Counted from the first letter of the stretch, positions 1 through 10,847 are shown. The stretch: 64,000 bases of DNA from Verrucomicrobiia bacterium (GCA_963664225.1 OY760937.1:4064001-4128000); one strand, 5' to 3'. Notes: generated by a model not told the origin, from the sequence alone. Made by a program: numbers and translations.

Positions 1-1044
1 GACGGCGATTTCCTGCCGCAAATCCGGCACGCCGAGAAAACAATGACGGGGGGCTTTTCGAGGGATCGCTTTGATTAAGGGCTCGAAACTCTGCTCCGGC
101 ATCCGGGCGACCTGTTCCATGACCGTGCCCTCGGTCCACACTTTACCCGCAGGCCCCTTCCAGGTTGCGTGCGTGAGATTGAGGGAGGCGTCGCTGACGA
201 ATACGCCGATGTCGCGGACAAACAGCCCCCCCTCGCGCAGCACATCGTCCACGAAGACGGAGAAGTCATGCAGGCTGCCCGTGCGGAAAAGAACATGGCC
301 GCGGTCATTGCTCGTGCGTTCGGCCACATCGGCATATTCCACATCGACCAGCGTCGTGTTCTTCCCGCCGGAACTCGTCTTAAGAATGGTTCCATTGCGC
401 GCTTCAAATTGCGGGTCCCATGAGCCGGAAACGGTTGATTTGATGTTCCACTCGAAGCGCAGTCGGGCTTGTTTGACTGCGGCATTTGAATTAACAGCCA
501 GGCGCGTGAGGGTTGCGGGTTGGAGGCTCGAAATGCGCAATTTATAAGTTCGGCGGAAATCCGCGCCAGTCTTTTTGAGACCAGGCAACTCGTCGGTGTC
601 CAGCGGATTCATTACGAAGGTGAATCCGAAAGTTCCCGGCGCCCCCACGGTCTTGGCGGTGACCCATTGGCCGTTGAACGGATCGTCGAGTTTCATCCAG
701 CCTCCCGTGCCGTTATCCGGCCAGATGCGGTGCCACCATTCGATGACGATGTCCTCGGCTAGGATGGATTCGTTGGCGAAGCGCAATTGCACCACCCGCA
801 CGTCCCGCGGTTGCGTCCACTCGACAAGTACCGCCTTGGATGGGGTGAGTTGAACTTGCTCGCCCGCGGTAGCCAGTTTTGGAAGCTCGGTTCGGCGGCC
901 GGCCTGGCGTGAATCGGACACGCTCACGGTGCCATATTCCGCGATGTTCGCAGGCTTGAAGGCGCCGGATTGGGCGCTAACCGAGTGTGGCGCGAGTGCC
1001 ACAATTATTGCCAGCCAGAGAACGCCAAATTTACCGATACCCAT
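1..1044 (-). CDS. Large secreted hypothetical protein, N-terminal part (runs off the window); possibly carbohydrate-active
   Basis: Manually translated open frame from ATG at 1044 (MGIGKFGVLWLAIIVALAPHSVSAQSG..., signal peptide-like) with no stop to position 1; absent from the ORF track because it is truncated. Confidence 0.75.
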   Translation of the reverse strand, partial: MGIGKFGVLWLAIIVALAPHSVSAQSGAFKPANIAEYGTVSVSDSRQAGRRTELPKLATAGEQVQLTPSKAVLVEWTQPRDVRVVQLRFANESILAEDIVIEWWHRIWPDNGTGGWMKLDDPFNGQWVTAKTVGAPGTFGFTFVMNPLDTDELPGLKKTGADFRRTYKLRISSLQPATLTRLAVNSNAAVKQARLRFEWNIKSTVSGSWDPQFEARNGTILKTSSGGKNTTLVDVEYADVAERTSNDRGHVLFRTGSLHDFSVFVDDVLREGGLFVRDIGVFVSDASLNLTHATWKGPAGKVWTEGTVMEQVARMPEQSFEPLIKAIPRKAPRHCFLGVPDLRQEIAV

Positions 1045-1141
1045 ATATTTAACGAGGGTGATGCTTGCCGCCCATGGGGGCAAGCTCAAAGAGACCCTCT
1101 GGAGTTTGCACCCGGCAATAGACCTTAAACGTTGCCTGAAA

Positions 1142-2557
1142 TCAGACTTTCTTGAGTTTGGGGCCCTTGGTGGTGTCTTCGATTAACCACCCTTTGGCTT
1201 TGATTTCATCGCGCAACATATCCGCGCGCTTGAAATCCTTCGCCTTGCGGGCCGCTTGTCGATCCTCCAATAATTGCAGCATTTCAGCGGGGGCTTCCGT
1301 TTCAGCGGCCGTGCCGATTCCCAACACCGTGTCCGCCTGGTTCCAGGCCGCAAGCGCGTCCGCAGCCTGGACAGGCGTGAGCGTGTTTTCAGCCATCGCC
1401 CTGTTTTGCTCTCGCACCCATTCGAACACCACGCCCCACGCGGCCGACATGTTCAGGTCATCGTCGAGCGCATCCGAGAATCGGGCCAGCCATGGGGGCG
1501 TGGTTGCCGAGGGGGTGTTGCCCGCCAGAGCGCGGAGTTTGGCCAGGCATTCGTCAATGCGCCCCAGCGCCGTGCGCGAGCCTTGCAGGCCTTCCAGTGT
1601 GAAATTAAAGGATTCCCGGTAATGCGCCGTGAGCATCAGGTGACGGATTTCACGACCGGTGAAGCCCTTGGTCATCAGATCGCGCAGGGTGTAAAAGTTG
1701 CCCAGGGATTTGCTCATCTTTTTGCCTTCGACGAGCAGATGGGCGCCATGCACCCAGTATTTGACGAATCGATGACCGCATTCCTGCACCCCCGCGCCTT
1801 CGCTCTGGGCGATCTCGTCCTCGTGATGGGGAAAAGCGAGGTCCTCACCGCCCAGGTGCAGATCGAAACTTGTCCCCAGCAATTTCATGCTCATCGCGCT
1901 GCATTCGATGTGCCATCCGGGCCGGCCTTCACCCCAGGGGCTGGGCCAGAACACCGCGCCATCCTCGGGCACTCGCGCCTTCCATAACGCGAAATCCGCC
2001 ACGGATTCCTTCGCGTAATCATCGCTGCGCACGCGTTCTCCGGCTCGCATGTTCTCGAAATCCAGTTTCACCAACTGGCCATAACGGCCTCCTGTGGCCC
2101 GGTACTTTTCGATGCTGAAATAGACCGAACCGTCGCTGGCTTTGTAGGCGACACCCCGGTTCACCAGTTTCCCGATCAAGGCCACCATTTCGGGTATGAA
2201 CTGCGTGGCGTGCGGTATTTCGTGGGGCTTGCGGCAACTCAAGGCCTGGAGATCGGCGAAAAAGGCCTCCTCATATTGGGCCGTGTATTGCGTCAGGGAC
2301 GTTCCAGCCTCGCGCACCCGGGCGATGATTTTGTCCTCCACATCCGTCACGTTCATGACGTGCCGCACATTGTAGCCCTTGAATTCAAGATGGCGCCGGA
2401 CCAGGTCCGCAAAGACGAAAGTGCGGAAATTGCCAATGTGCGCCAGGTCATAAACGGTCGGCCCGCAGCAATACAGGCCCACATTTTTCCCGGCGGGATC
2501 CAGCGGCACAAATTGCTCCAGGGAGCGCGATAGTGTGTTAAATAGTTGTAAAGCCAT
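1142..2557 (-). CDS. cysS: Cysteine--tRNA ligase
   Basis: CGPTVY, HIGN, GRPGWHIEC, DLAFPHHEDE and KMSKS motifs; 471 aa. Confidence 0.98.
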   Translation of the reverse strand: MALQLFNTLSRSLEQFVPLDPAGKNVGLYCCGPTVYDLAHIGNFRTFVFADLVRRHLEFKGYNVRHVMNVTDVEDKIIARVREAGTSLTQYTAQYEEAFFADLQALSCRKPHEIPHATQFIPEMVALIGKLVNRGVAYKASDGSVYFSIEKYRATGGRYGQLVKLDFENMRAGERVRSDDYAKESVADFALWKARVPEDGAVFWPSPWGEGRPGWHIECSAMSMKLLGTSFDLHLGGEDLAFPHHEDEIAQSEGAGVQECGHRFVKYWVHGAHLLVEGKKMSKSLGNFYTLRDLMTKGFTGREIRHLMLTAHYRESFNFTLEGLQGSRTALGRIDECLAKLRALAGNTPSATTPPWLARFSDALDDDLNMSAAWGVVFEWVREQNRAMAENTLTPVQAADALAAWNQADTVLGIGTAAETEAPAEMLQLLEDRQAARKAKDFKRADMLRDEIKAKGWLIEDTTKGPKLKKV

Positions 2558-2670
2558 ACGCCAAACTGCCTGCCAGACTAATCAGAGGCCGGTGAAAGTC
2601 AAACGCTGCGGAAGGATGGATCGCTGCGATCAGGGATTGCGGATTCAGCGCGCTCGATTAAAAGTGGGGC

Positions 2671-5148
2671 ATGATCATCAGGAGAACCGTGTGGCACCCA
2701 ATGTCACTTATTGTATTGGCGGGTTGGTTTCTGGCCGGCGTGGCGCTCTCGCATGCCGCACCCCAAATCACGCCATTGACAGAGGCCCATATCGGCCAGC
2801 GCACCGCCTTCCGGCTCGACCAGGTGCCTGATTCGTCCAATCCATTTGACCCGGATCTCATCCGCGTCGATGCCACATTCACCGCTCCATCGGGTCGCGC
2901 CTACAGGGTCCCCGCATTCTGGTTTCAGGACTATCAAAGGACGCTTCAAAATGGGGCGGAGAAGTTGAACGCATCGGGAACACCCTTCTGGCAAATCCGA
3001 TTCACACCCGCTGAGGTGGGCGAGCACACTCTGAGCGTTGTGGTGGCCACAAATGGCGTGTTTGCGGGTGAAGCGTCGATTTTTCACTTTACGGTCGCAT
3101 CCAATCTGGCCCCGGCCGTAACAGGCTTTGTGCGCGTGGCTGCAGACCATCAATATTTCGAGACGCGGGACGGACAGCCGCTCCCTCTCAATGGAGCCTG
3201 TGTTTGCTGGCATGGTCCGCGGGGGACGCGGGATTATGACGACTGGTTTGGCGCGATGAGCGGGGTGGGGGAGAATTACGCCCGCCTGTGGATGTGGCCC
3301 TATGCCTTTGGCATCGAGGCCGAGCCATATACGCTTCTGCATTACCGGTTGGATCGCGCATGGCAGTTGGACTATGTGTTCGACCTGGCGCAGCGGGATG
3401 GGATTTATCTGCTGCTTTGCCTGGATTACCACGGCATGTTCCAAACCCAGCCGGATATGTGGGGCGCCAATAATCTGTGGACGAACAATCCCTATTGCTC
3501 ACTTCAGGGCGGACCCTGCGCCACACCCAACGATTTCTTCACCAACGCGACCGCCCGCAAAATCTACGAGAAACGGCTACGCTACCTGATCGGACGCTAC
3601 GGGGCCTGCCCCAATTTGCTGGCCTGGGAATTTTTCAACGAAATCGACAATGTCTATTCTGTCCTCAAGCCGGCGGACGTGGCCGCATGGCACGCGGATC
3701 TGGGTGCCTGGCTTCACGCCCAGGACCCCTTTGGTCACATGGTCACCACGAGTTTGACCGGCAGCTCGGACCGCGCCGAAATCTGGAATCTGCCCCAGCT
3801 CGATTTCACGTCGTACCACAGCTACGGGGAGGCGAACCCGGCGGTCCGACTGGACACCGTGGCTCAGTCGTTTCTGACCCGATACAAAAAGCCCGTCATG
3901 ATCGGTGAATACGGGGTCAATGCCGCCGGATGGTCGCGGCCGCAGGATCCGTATTTGCGTGGATGGCGCCAGAGCCTTTGGGGCGGGGCCTTGAGTGGTT
4001 CGGTGGGCACGGGCATGTCCTGGTGGTGGGAGGAACTGCATGCCGCCAACACCTACACCTTTAATCGCTCGCTCAAAAATATTTTGAGTCCTGCGGCTTG
4101 GGGACGCGGAGCCTGGACCGCCATCCAATTTAAAACTTCTGGTTCGCCTCCCATCACGGTCACCACCCAGACGCCTGCAGCCGACGCGGCGCTCTTCGAC
4201 ATCACCCTGACTCCGGGTTCGGCCTGGGGCGGAAGCGCCTCCGGCCAGCTTGCCATTCCTAATCCCGATGCGGGAAGCTACGCCGCCACGACGTTCAACG
4301 CCTTCGTTCACGGCCAGGCGCACGCGGAGTTGCGCCGGCCGTTTATTGTGAGCGCCTGGTTCGGTTTGGGAGCCCGATTGGTCGCCCATGTCAATTCCGT
4401 TTCAACCGGCGCGATTCTTGCCGTGCGTGTGGACGGCGTCGAAAGTTACCGGATGAATCTGCCCAACCTCGATGGGGGCTACGCGGTCAACAATGAATAC
4501 AACAAGGATTTTGGAATTTCATTGCCCGGGGGAAGGCATTTGGTTGAATTGTATAATCCGGGCAGCGACTGGCTTTATGTGGATTGGGTGAGACTCGAGC
4601 GGGTGCAGCCATCCGCCTATGTCACTCCGTGGGAACCCTCGCCCACGGCCATCGGGCTTCGGCAAAACCAATCGGCGCTGATCTATGCGATCGCGCCAAA
4701 CGCGGCCTATCCCGCAGGCGCCACGAACGCCGTCCTGCCAGCTCAGAGCGGCAAATCCGTCACGCTCACCCAGTGGCCCGAAGGAGTCTTCGACGTTCAG
4801 TGGCTGGACCCCGCCACGGGAACAGCGCGGGGTCGCTCCAGTGCCACCGCACAAAACGGAATGCTCCAACTGGCACTGCCCGCATTCAGCGAGGACCTTG
4901 CGGGTCGGGTCTTGCGAAAACCGGAACTGGGTGTTTCTGAAAATGAAACCAATGGCATGCATCAACTCGTCATGAGCGCCGACCCCGGCGCGGTGTGCAT
5001 GGTGGAAACTTCCACGAATCTGGCCGCCTGGACGGATTGGAGACTCCTCACCAATTCAAGCAACACGGTGTCCGTGAAATTGCAGGCTGGCCCATTGCCG
5101 GCAATGCAGTTCTTCCGCGCGCATCGTGCGGATTCCCATGGCGAATAG
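2671..5148 (+). CDS. Secreted glycoside hydrolase (DUF5060-like N-terminus, GH5-like TIM barrel) with Verrucomicrobia-type C-terminal domain
   Basis: Signal peptide; NPFDP..VDATFTAPSG..WQIRFTP; WEFFNE acid/base and IGEYG nucleophile motifs; C-terminal VETSTNLAAW...FFRA. Confidence 0.8.
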   Translation: MIIRRTVWHPMSLIVLAGWFLAGVALSHAAPQITPLTEAHIGQRTAFRLDQVPDSSNPFDPDLIRVDATFTAPSGRAYRVPAFWFQDYQRTLQNGAEKLNASGTPFWQIRFTPAEVGEHTLSVVVATNGVFAGEASIFHFTVASNLAPAVTGFVRVAADHQYFETRDGQPLPLNGACVCWHGPRGTRDYDDWFGAMSGVGENYARLWMWPYAFGIEAEPYTLLHYRLDRAWQLDYVFDLAQRDGIYLLLCLDYHGMFQTQPDMWGANNLWTNNPYCSLQGGPCATPNDFFTNATARKIYEKRLRYLIGRYGACPNLLAWEFFNEIDNVYSVLKPADVAAWHADLGAWLHAQDPFGHMVTTSLTGSSDRAEIWNLPQLDFTSYHSYGEANPAVRLDTVAQSFLTRYKKPVMIGEYGVNAAGWSRPQDPYLRGWRQSLWGGALSGSVGTGMSWWWEELHAANTYTFNRSLKNILSPAAWGRGAWTAIQFKTSGSPPITVTTQTPAADAALFDITLTPGSAWGGSASGQLAIPNPDAGSYAATTFNAFVHGQAHAELRRPFIVSAWFGLGARLVAHVNSVSTGAILAVRVDGVESYRMNLPNLDGGYAVNNEYNKDFGISLPGGRHLVELYNPGSDWLYVDWVRLERVQPSAYVTPWEPSPTAIGLRQNQSALIYAIAPNAAYPAGATNAVLPAQSGKSVTLTQWPEGVFDVQWLDPATGTARGRSSATAQNGMLQLALPAFSEDLAGRVLRKPELGVSENETNGMHQLVMSADPGAVCMVETSTNLAAWTDWRLLTNSSNTVSVKLQAGPLPAMQFFRAHRADSHGE

Positions 5149-5625
5149 AGTGGTATGTAAACGAAGAGCCGCAAAAGAATTTGAGAATAACGGTATCGTG
5201 TGTTAAAGTTAAAAAAGATGGAGCAAATTGGCCGCAACAAATTCGACGTTATCATCTTTTTGATAATGTGAATGGCCGGGCCATGGACTCATCAAGAACG
5301 AAGCGTTTCATGCGCATGCATTTAAATGGCATGCCTGTGAAAATGGTGATTGAGTAATGCGCTTTGGTGCGGTGGATTTTATTCAGTCAAAGGGGCTGCA
5401 TTCACAAGTGCGGCATTAGGCGGCTGAGGAATTCCGGAGTCTTGGTTTTCATTGGGAAAGGCTCTGTCTGATGGACAGTTTTGGCATGATCGACAAGGGT
5501 TTCCCTGCCGGTCTTAAGGTTGGTCGTAAATTGTTCAAAAAATTAGAGAAATTGGTCCGATTAAAAAATTATTGGGAACTAATTTTGTTCTAACAACTTA
5601 CAAACTACAAATCACTAGAGGTACT

Positions 5626-7239
5626 ATGATTCAACTGCACGTTAAACCGCTTGCCATGATATGCGTCATCGCGGCTTTGCTCTCCGCCGGGTGCTCAGTT
5701 TTCCGTGAACACCAGGTCACCGAAGTCACCAGTCCCACTCCTCCAAGCACGGATTTGACTTCCAAAGGTTATGATACGGTGGGTCGTCGTTGGGGTGAAG
5801 CCCCGGAAAAACCCGCCCCGGTGGTCACGCCTGTCGCCACTCCGGCTCCCGCAGCCGCGCCTGCCGTGGCCAAAACGGTCGATTACTCCGCCTTCGATAT
5901 CAAGGGCGGATTGGTCACCCTCACCAAGAGGGTTCCTGCCTCGGTTTCGCTCGGAGAGGAGTATGCCTACGATTTGACGGCTACAGCCAACGAGCAGGCC
6001 GGCTTTGTGGTTGTAACCGACCAGATTCCCGAAGGCGCGACTTACATCAAGAGCGAGCCTCCCGCCCAGGTGGATGGCAACCTGCTGACCTGGAAATTCC
6101 CCTCCATGGACAAGGGGGAGGTCAAGAACATCAAGGTGTGGCTCAAGGCGGACAAGGAAGGTGAGCTCCAAAGCTGCGCCACCATCACTGCGGTCCCCCG
6201 CCAATGCACCACCACGTTTGTGGGCAAGGCGGCGATCTCGATTGAAAAGACCGGTCCTGAAACGGCCAAACTGGGTTCCGACGTGACCTACACCATCGTG
6301 GTCAGCAACAAGGGAACTCTCGCGGCCAAGGATGTCGTGGTTACGGATCCGGTTCCCGAAGGGTTCAGCAATGCGGACAACTCGAAGGAGCTTAGCTTCA
6401 AGGTGGGCGATCTGGCCCCCAACCAGTCCAAGAGCATTCCCGTTACCTTCAAGGCGAACCAACGCGGCAAGATTTGCAACGTCGCCACCGTCACCACGTC
6501 CAACGCCGGCACAGCCAAAGCGGAAGCTTGCACCGTCATCATGCAGCCCGGGTTGAAGGTGAGCAAGGTTGCCCGAGAAAAACAACTCCTCATCAACCGC
6601 GTGGCGACATACGACATCGTGGTCGAGAACACGGGCGACACCAAGTTGACCGGCGTGGTTGTGTCCGACAGCGCGGCTCCTGAAACCAAGGTGGTCGAGG
6701 CGGTCGATGGCAAGGTCGATGGAAACGTGGCCACATGGAATGTCGGCGATATGGATGCGGGCTCCAAGAAGGCCCTCGTCGTCAAAATCATGTCCGCCTC
6801 GCCCGGCAACTTCTGCAACAACGTCACAGCTTCCTCCGCTGACGGTTTGAAGGAAACCAGCCAGGCCTGCTCCGAATGGATTGGCGTCTCCGGCGTCCTG
6901 ATTGAAATGGTCGATGATCCCGATCCAATTCAGGTCGGCGAAACCACGACTTACACGATTCGTGTCACCAACCAGGGCACAACGAGCAGCATCGAAGACG
7001 TGAACATCGTGGCCAGCTTCGCGGATGAAATCGATCCCACCACCGCTTCGGGTGGCGGCGTCATCAGTGGCAAGAAGGTGACCTTCCCCACAGTGGCCAG
7101 CATCGCTCCCAAGCAGGCTGTCTCCTACACCATCGTCGGCAAGAGCGTCAAGGCGGGGGATCATCGCATGCAAATCGATGTGACCACCAAGGATCGCACC
7201 AAGCCGATCAGCAAGTATGAGAGCACGACGGTTTATTAA
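5626..7239 (+). CDS. DUF11-repeat lipoprotein, homolog of chlamydial cysteine-rich OmcB
   Basis: Lipobox LLSAGC; repeated YTIVVSNKG..VVVTD modules; C-terminal WIGVSG..DDPDPIQVGETTTYTIRVTNQG; GAGG RBS before ATG 5626. Confidence 0.85.
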   Translation: MIQLHVKPLAMICVIAALLSAGCSVFREHQVTEVTSPTPPSTDLTSKGYDTVGRRWGEAPEKPAPVVTPVATPAPAAAPAVAKTVDYSAFDIKGGLVTLTKRVPASVSLGEEYAYDLTATANEQAGFVVVTDQIPEGATYIKSEPPAQVDGNLLTWKFPSMDKGEVKNIKVWLKADKEGELQSCATITAVPRQCTTTFVGKAAISIEKTGPETAKLGSDVTYTIVVSNKGTLAAKDVVVTDPVPEGFSNADNSKELSFKVGDLAPNQSKSIPVTFKANQRGKICNVATVTTSNAGTAKAEACTVIMQPGLKVSKVAREKQLLINRVATYDIVVENTGDTKLTGVVVSDSAAPETKVVEAVDGKVDGNVATWNVGDMDAGSKKALVVKIMSASPGNFCNNVTASSADGLKETSQACSEWIGVSGVLIEMVDDPDPIQVGETTTYTIRVTNQGTTSSIEDVNIVASFADEIDPTTASGGGVISGKKVTFPTVASIAPKQAVSYTIVGKSVKAGDHRMQIDVTTKDRTKPISKYESTTVY

Positions 7240-7270
7240 GTCGTGATTCAAACATACCTCTAAAAGTTCG

Positions 7271-7301
7271 AGGGCTGGCAGTTTCAAATTGCCAGCCCTT
7301 T
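7271..7301 (+). terminator. Rho-independent terminator
   Basis: AGGGCTGGCA-loop-TGCCAGCCCT stem followed by Ts, just after the DUF11 gene. Confidence 0.8.
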
Positions 7302-7405
7302 CCTTGTACGCCGGGAACTCTTAACATTCCTGATTCGCCCGGCGATTCATTGGAACGTGGCTTGTCGTGACGGACTCTTTCTGATATCTTCGCCTGGTAC
7401 CGATC

Positions 7406-9280
7406 ATGCGCTCAACACTGAGAGAAATACTAAGGGACATTGGAGACAAGAATAAGCTCTCGACGCATCTGGACGATCACCCGCTGTTGTTGGTCCTGCT
7501 CTACTCGACCTGGTTTCGCGTCGTGTTCATTCTTTTCGTCGTCGGCTTCTTATCCTTGCCAGCCGTGATGTTGCGGCTCTGGCGAACCACGCCGGCAGGA
7601 TTTGTGCCCATCGTGCGTGTTTCAGGGATCGATCTGGCCCAATCCTGGTCGTTGCGGCGGACGGCGCGAGCACAAGCCGGGGCGGGCCGATGGGACGATG
7701 CCTTGTTTTCATTGCGGGCGGCTGTGGCCAACAATGCAGCCAATGTGGATACGGTGCGTGAGTTGCTCCTCACCAGCCTGAATGTCGAGGACAAACCCAA
7801 AAACATCGGCATGGTGGTCGGGCAGGCCTTTTGGTTGATGCGTCTCACCGCCACCAACCGCGTCGATACCGAGCTGTGTGTCCGGGCTTTCGACCATTTT
7901 CAATGTTATGAGCTTGTGGAAGACGCTGTCGCCCCTTTCGACAGGGAACTTTCGCCCCCCATTCAAGCATTAAGGCTCAAAGCTCATTTCGAACTGGGCC
8001 ACGTGGATGCTTTTCAGCGGCTTTGGGGCAAAATCGGGTCCGAATTACCTGCCGATCCCGAACTCGCCCTTTACACCGCCGCCTATCAGGCCGGTTGGGG
8101 AACTCCGGCCCAGGCCGCACAGGCGCGGCAAAAACTCGAAGCCGCCGCCGCCGACCTCCATTCGCGTCTTTTGGCCAACCGACTGCTCCTAAAGGTGAGT
8201 CGCAAACTCCTCGATGAGCCGGGATATCGCTCCGCCCTCGATCAATTGGACCAATTGCGCGCCAGTTCAGGCCTCGACCATGTCGGCTACTGGCGCCTCT
8301 TGCTCGCGCTCGGACGAAAGCCTGACGCGCTGGAATTGGCGAAAAATTACCCCTATCCGCCTAAAACACCCTTGGAGGTCGTTCAACTCTGCGATATCTT
8401 CTCCGAACTCGGTTTAAAAGACCAGACCGGCTCCATGCTCAAATCCTACGTTCCCCGTTTTCGGGGTTCGGACGCTTTGTGGCTCTATTACGCGAGTTTC
8501 CTCCTGGACAACCAACAGTGGGAGGAAGTCCGAACTCTCGCGGTCAACATCCGTAGGGATGTTTCCGTCCGGGACGATCTGGCCGCCTTCAGCTATTTTC
8601 TGGAGGGACGCGCCGAATTGGCCCTGGACCGGCGCCCGCCAGCCGAGGCTGCATTTCACAAATGCCTCGATTTCGATTTTCGCCAGCCCAAGGTGGCCTT
8701 GTTCGTGGCCAATAATTTCAACCGCCTGGGATATCCTGAAATTGCCGCGCCGATCCTGATAAAACTCCAAAAACAGTACACCGACAGCATTGGCTATTGG
8801 CAAATGGTCTTCATCTCGGCCAATGAAATGAAACAGGCCGACCTGCTCCTCACGGCCGCGAGCAACGGATTTCGCCTTCAACCGACCTCCACCGTGGCGG
8901 CTCACAATTACGCCGCCGCGCTGCTCGTCAGCCATCAGCGTCCGGAAGAAGCTGTCCGCCTGACCATGGATGTGCTGTCGAGCCGCCCCGGCTTTTACCC
9001 CGCCATCATCAACCACTCCCTGGCCCTCATTGCCAATCACCGCCTCGACGACGCCGAAAAACTGCTTCAGACCATTCCCGCCGACCGACTCGGCCCCGAA
9101 GAAGCGAGTTCCTATTACCTGGCATCGCTTGAACTGCAGACGGGGCGTCATCAGACCGCTCAACTCCAGGAGACCGCCCGCCGGATTAATCTGAGCCATC
9201 TTTTCCCCGGAGAACGCGAATTTGTCACCGCCACCATGAAAACCAACACAGCCCTCGAGGCGGTTCCCGCAAAACCGTAA
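7406..9280 (+). CDS. Membrane-anchored TPR-like helical repeat protein, next to the PEP-CTERM locus
   Basis: N-terminal transmembrane segment, then Ala/Leu-rich helical repeats (e.g. AHNYAAALL, AIINHSLALI); 624 aa. Confidence 0.7.
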   Translation: MRSTLREILRDIGDKNKLSTHLDDHPLLLVLLYSTWFRVVFILFVVGFLSLPAVMLRLWRTTPAGFVPIVRVSGIDLAQSWSLRRTARAQAGAGRWDDALFSLRAAVANNAANVDTVRELLLTSLNVEDKPKNIGMVVGQAFWLMRLTATNRVDTELCVRAFDHFQCYELVEDAVAPFDRELSPPIQALRLKAHFELGHVDAFQRLWGKIGSELPADPELALYTAAYQAGWGTPAQAAQARQKLEAAAADLHSRLLANRLLLKVSRKLLDEPGYRSALDQLDQLRASSGLDHVGYWRLLLALGRKPDALELAKNYPYPPKTPLEVVQLCDIFSELGLKDQTGSMLKSYVPRFRGSDALWLYYASFLLDNQQWEEVRTLAVNIRRDVSVRDDLAAFSYFLEGRAELALDRRPPAEAAFHKCLDFDFRQPKVALFVANNFNRLGYPEIAAPILIKLQKQYTDSIGYWQMVFISANEMKQADLLLTAASNGFRLQPTSTVAAHNYAAALLVSHQRPEEAVRLTMDVLSSRPGFYPAIINHSLALIANHRLDDAEKLLQTIPADRLGPEEASSYYLASLELQTGRHQTAQLQETARRINLSHLFPGEREFVTATMKTNTALEAVPAKP

Positions 9281-9612
9281 GCGGGGCACTGGGAAGCCCG
9301 AGGATGTTTTTGGACGCGAAAGTTGGAAACTGGGAAAAATATTTTGCAAGAGGCGGCAAGGATGAGGTTTGCGTGAATTAGCGATGGTATGGCGGGGGAA
9401 GAGGAATTACGGAGGGATTATTGTATTGCAAAGCGTTAATTATGAATTTGTTATAAATAATTAAATGCTCGGCAGAATGGAATTTGCAGCAGGTTCCGGG
9501 AGACGGTGGGAATCGGCGACATGAGAGAGGTAAAAAAGGTTCAAAAAATGTTTGACTCGATAGCTCGAATCTGAGAGATTTGAGCCACACACGGAAATAA
9601 AGGATAAAACAA

Positions 9613-10260
9613 ATGAGAACAAAGACACTGTTATTAACGGCTGCATTGAGCGCGGTTAGCGCCGCTGCCGCCATGGCGCAGACGGTTTACTCCGTCAACG
9701 CGGTTGGCTATGTCAACAAGACCATCACCAAAGGTGCTTGGACGTTGATTGCGAATCCGCTCGTAAATGGTGACAATCTGTTGGTCACCATTTTGACAGA
9801 CGCTCCTGCGAACACCGAAGTCCAGAAATGGAACGGTACGACGTTCATCAGCGCTAAGAAGCTTGGTACTGCTTGGACAGGTGCGGCAGGTGCCGTTGCT
9901 TTCAAGCCGAGCGAAGGTTTCTTCATCAAGATTCCCGGAACGGGCACACAAACGCTGACTTTTGTTGGTGAAGTGGCTCAAAACGCGGATTCGAATATCT
10001 CCTTCAATACTGGTTATAACTTGTTGGGTTCGGTGGTTCCTCAATCTGGCAAAATCCAGACGGATCTGCAATTCCCGGCCAAGGCCAATGATGAAGTCTT
10101 GACACTGAAGGCCGATGGTAGTGGTTATAATTCGGTCAAGAAACTTGGTACCGCTTGGGTTGGTACCGGTGGTGAACCCACAATCGACGTGGCTCAAGGT
10201 TTCTGGCTTAAGACAGCGGCCGCCGGAACTTGGACGCGTAATTTTAGCGTAAATCAGTAA
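9613..10260 (+). CDS. Secreted protein of the Verrucomicrobia VYSVNAVGYVN family, with two internal repeats
   Basis: MRTKTLLLTAA signal peptide; AAGGA RBS; duplicated KKLGTAWxG and xGFxxK motifs; T-ending codon bias. Confidence 0.85.
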   Translation: MRTKTLLLTAALSAVSAAAAMAQTVYSVNAVGYVNKTITKGAWTLIANPLVNGDNLLVTILTDAPANTEVQKWNGTTFISAKKLGTAWTGAAGAVAFKPSEGFFIKIPGTGTQTLTFVGEVAQNADSNISFNTGYNLLGSVVPQSGKIQTDLQFPAKANDEVLTLKADGSGYNSVKKLGTAWVGTGGEPTIDVAQGFWLKTAAAGTWTRNFSVNQ

Positions 10261-10283
10261 AACAGACCAAATAATAAACAAAT

Positions 10284-10847
10284 ATGAAGAAAGAAATTGT
10301 CTTCTTAGCGTCGCTTGTCGCAGTTGCGGCAGGTGCACAGACGTTCCCTGCGGGAACAGTCTCTGCAGACACCAGCGGTCCTGATGTTCCCATATACTAT
10401 TTGGCGCCGGGCACCAAGGCACCGTCCACAGTGTATGCAGAACTTTTGGTAAGCGCACCTGGTGCGAATTCATTCACCACAGTTGATTTGATGAGCGATA
10501 CAGCCGGAAGCGTCATCTATTTCGACAACGGTTTCGGTAAAGGTGAAGCCTATTACTTTTATGATGGCAATCAAGTAGTTCCTGGAATTACTCCTGGAGC
10601 CTCTGCTGACTTCAAAGTTCGCGCTTGGACAGGTGCTGCAACCTATGATGCCGCAACGGCCAGAGTTGAATCGGCTGTCTTCACGCAAAACACGGCTATT
10701 TGGAATGGGCCACCGACGACAGCCACTGACAACCCCTTGACTCTGGCGGGATCGTTGACGATGACCACGACGATCGTTCCTGAACCTGCCACGATCGCGT
10801 TGCTCGCGCTCGGTGGTGCGGCTCTGTTCTTCCGCCGCCGTCAATAG
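10284..10847 (+). CDS. PEP-CTERM sorting domain protein (copy 1)
   Basis: Signal peptide; C-terminal VPEPATIALLALGGAALFFRRRQ. Confidence 0.95.
   Translation: MKKEIVFLASLVAVAAGAQTFPAGTVSADTSGPDVPIYYLAPGTKAPSTVYAELLVSAPGANSFTTVDLMSDTAGSVIYFDNGFGKGEAYYFYDGNQVVPGITPGASADFKVRAWTGAATYDAATARVESAVFTQNTAIWNGPPTTATDNPLTLAGSLTMTTTIVPEPATIALLALGGAALFFRRRQ

Noticed and set aside
5150..5625. Riboswitch or sigma54 promoter upstream of the DUF11 gene
   Set aside because: TGGCA motifs lack a correctly spaced TTGC, and I could not match a riboswitch consensus by eye; an Rfam scan is needed.
5695..7287. 530-aa antisense ORF (likewise 19622-20893, 12714-13793 and similar)
   Set aside because: Shadow frames of well-supported GC-rich genes on the opposite strand, with no recognisable motifs.
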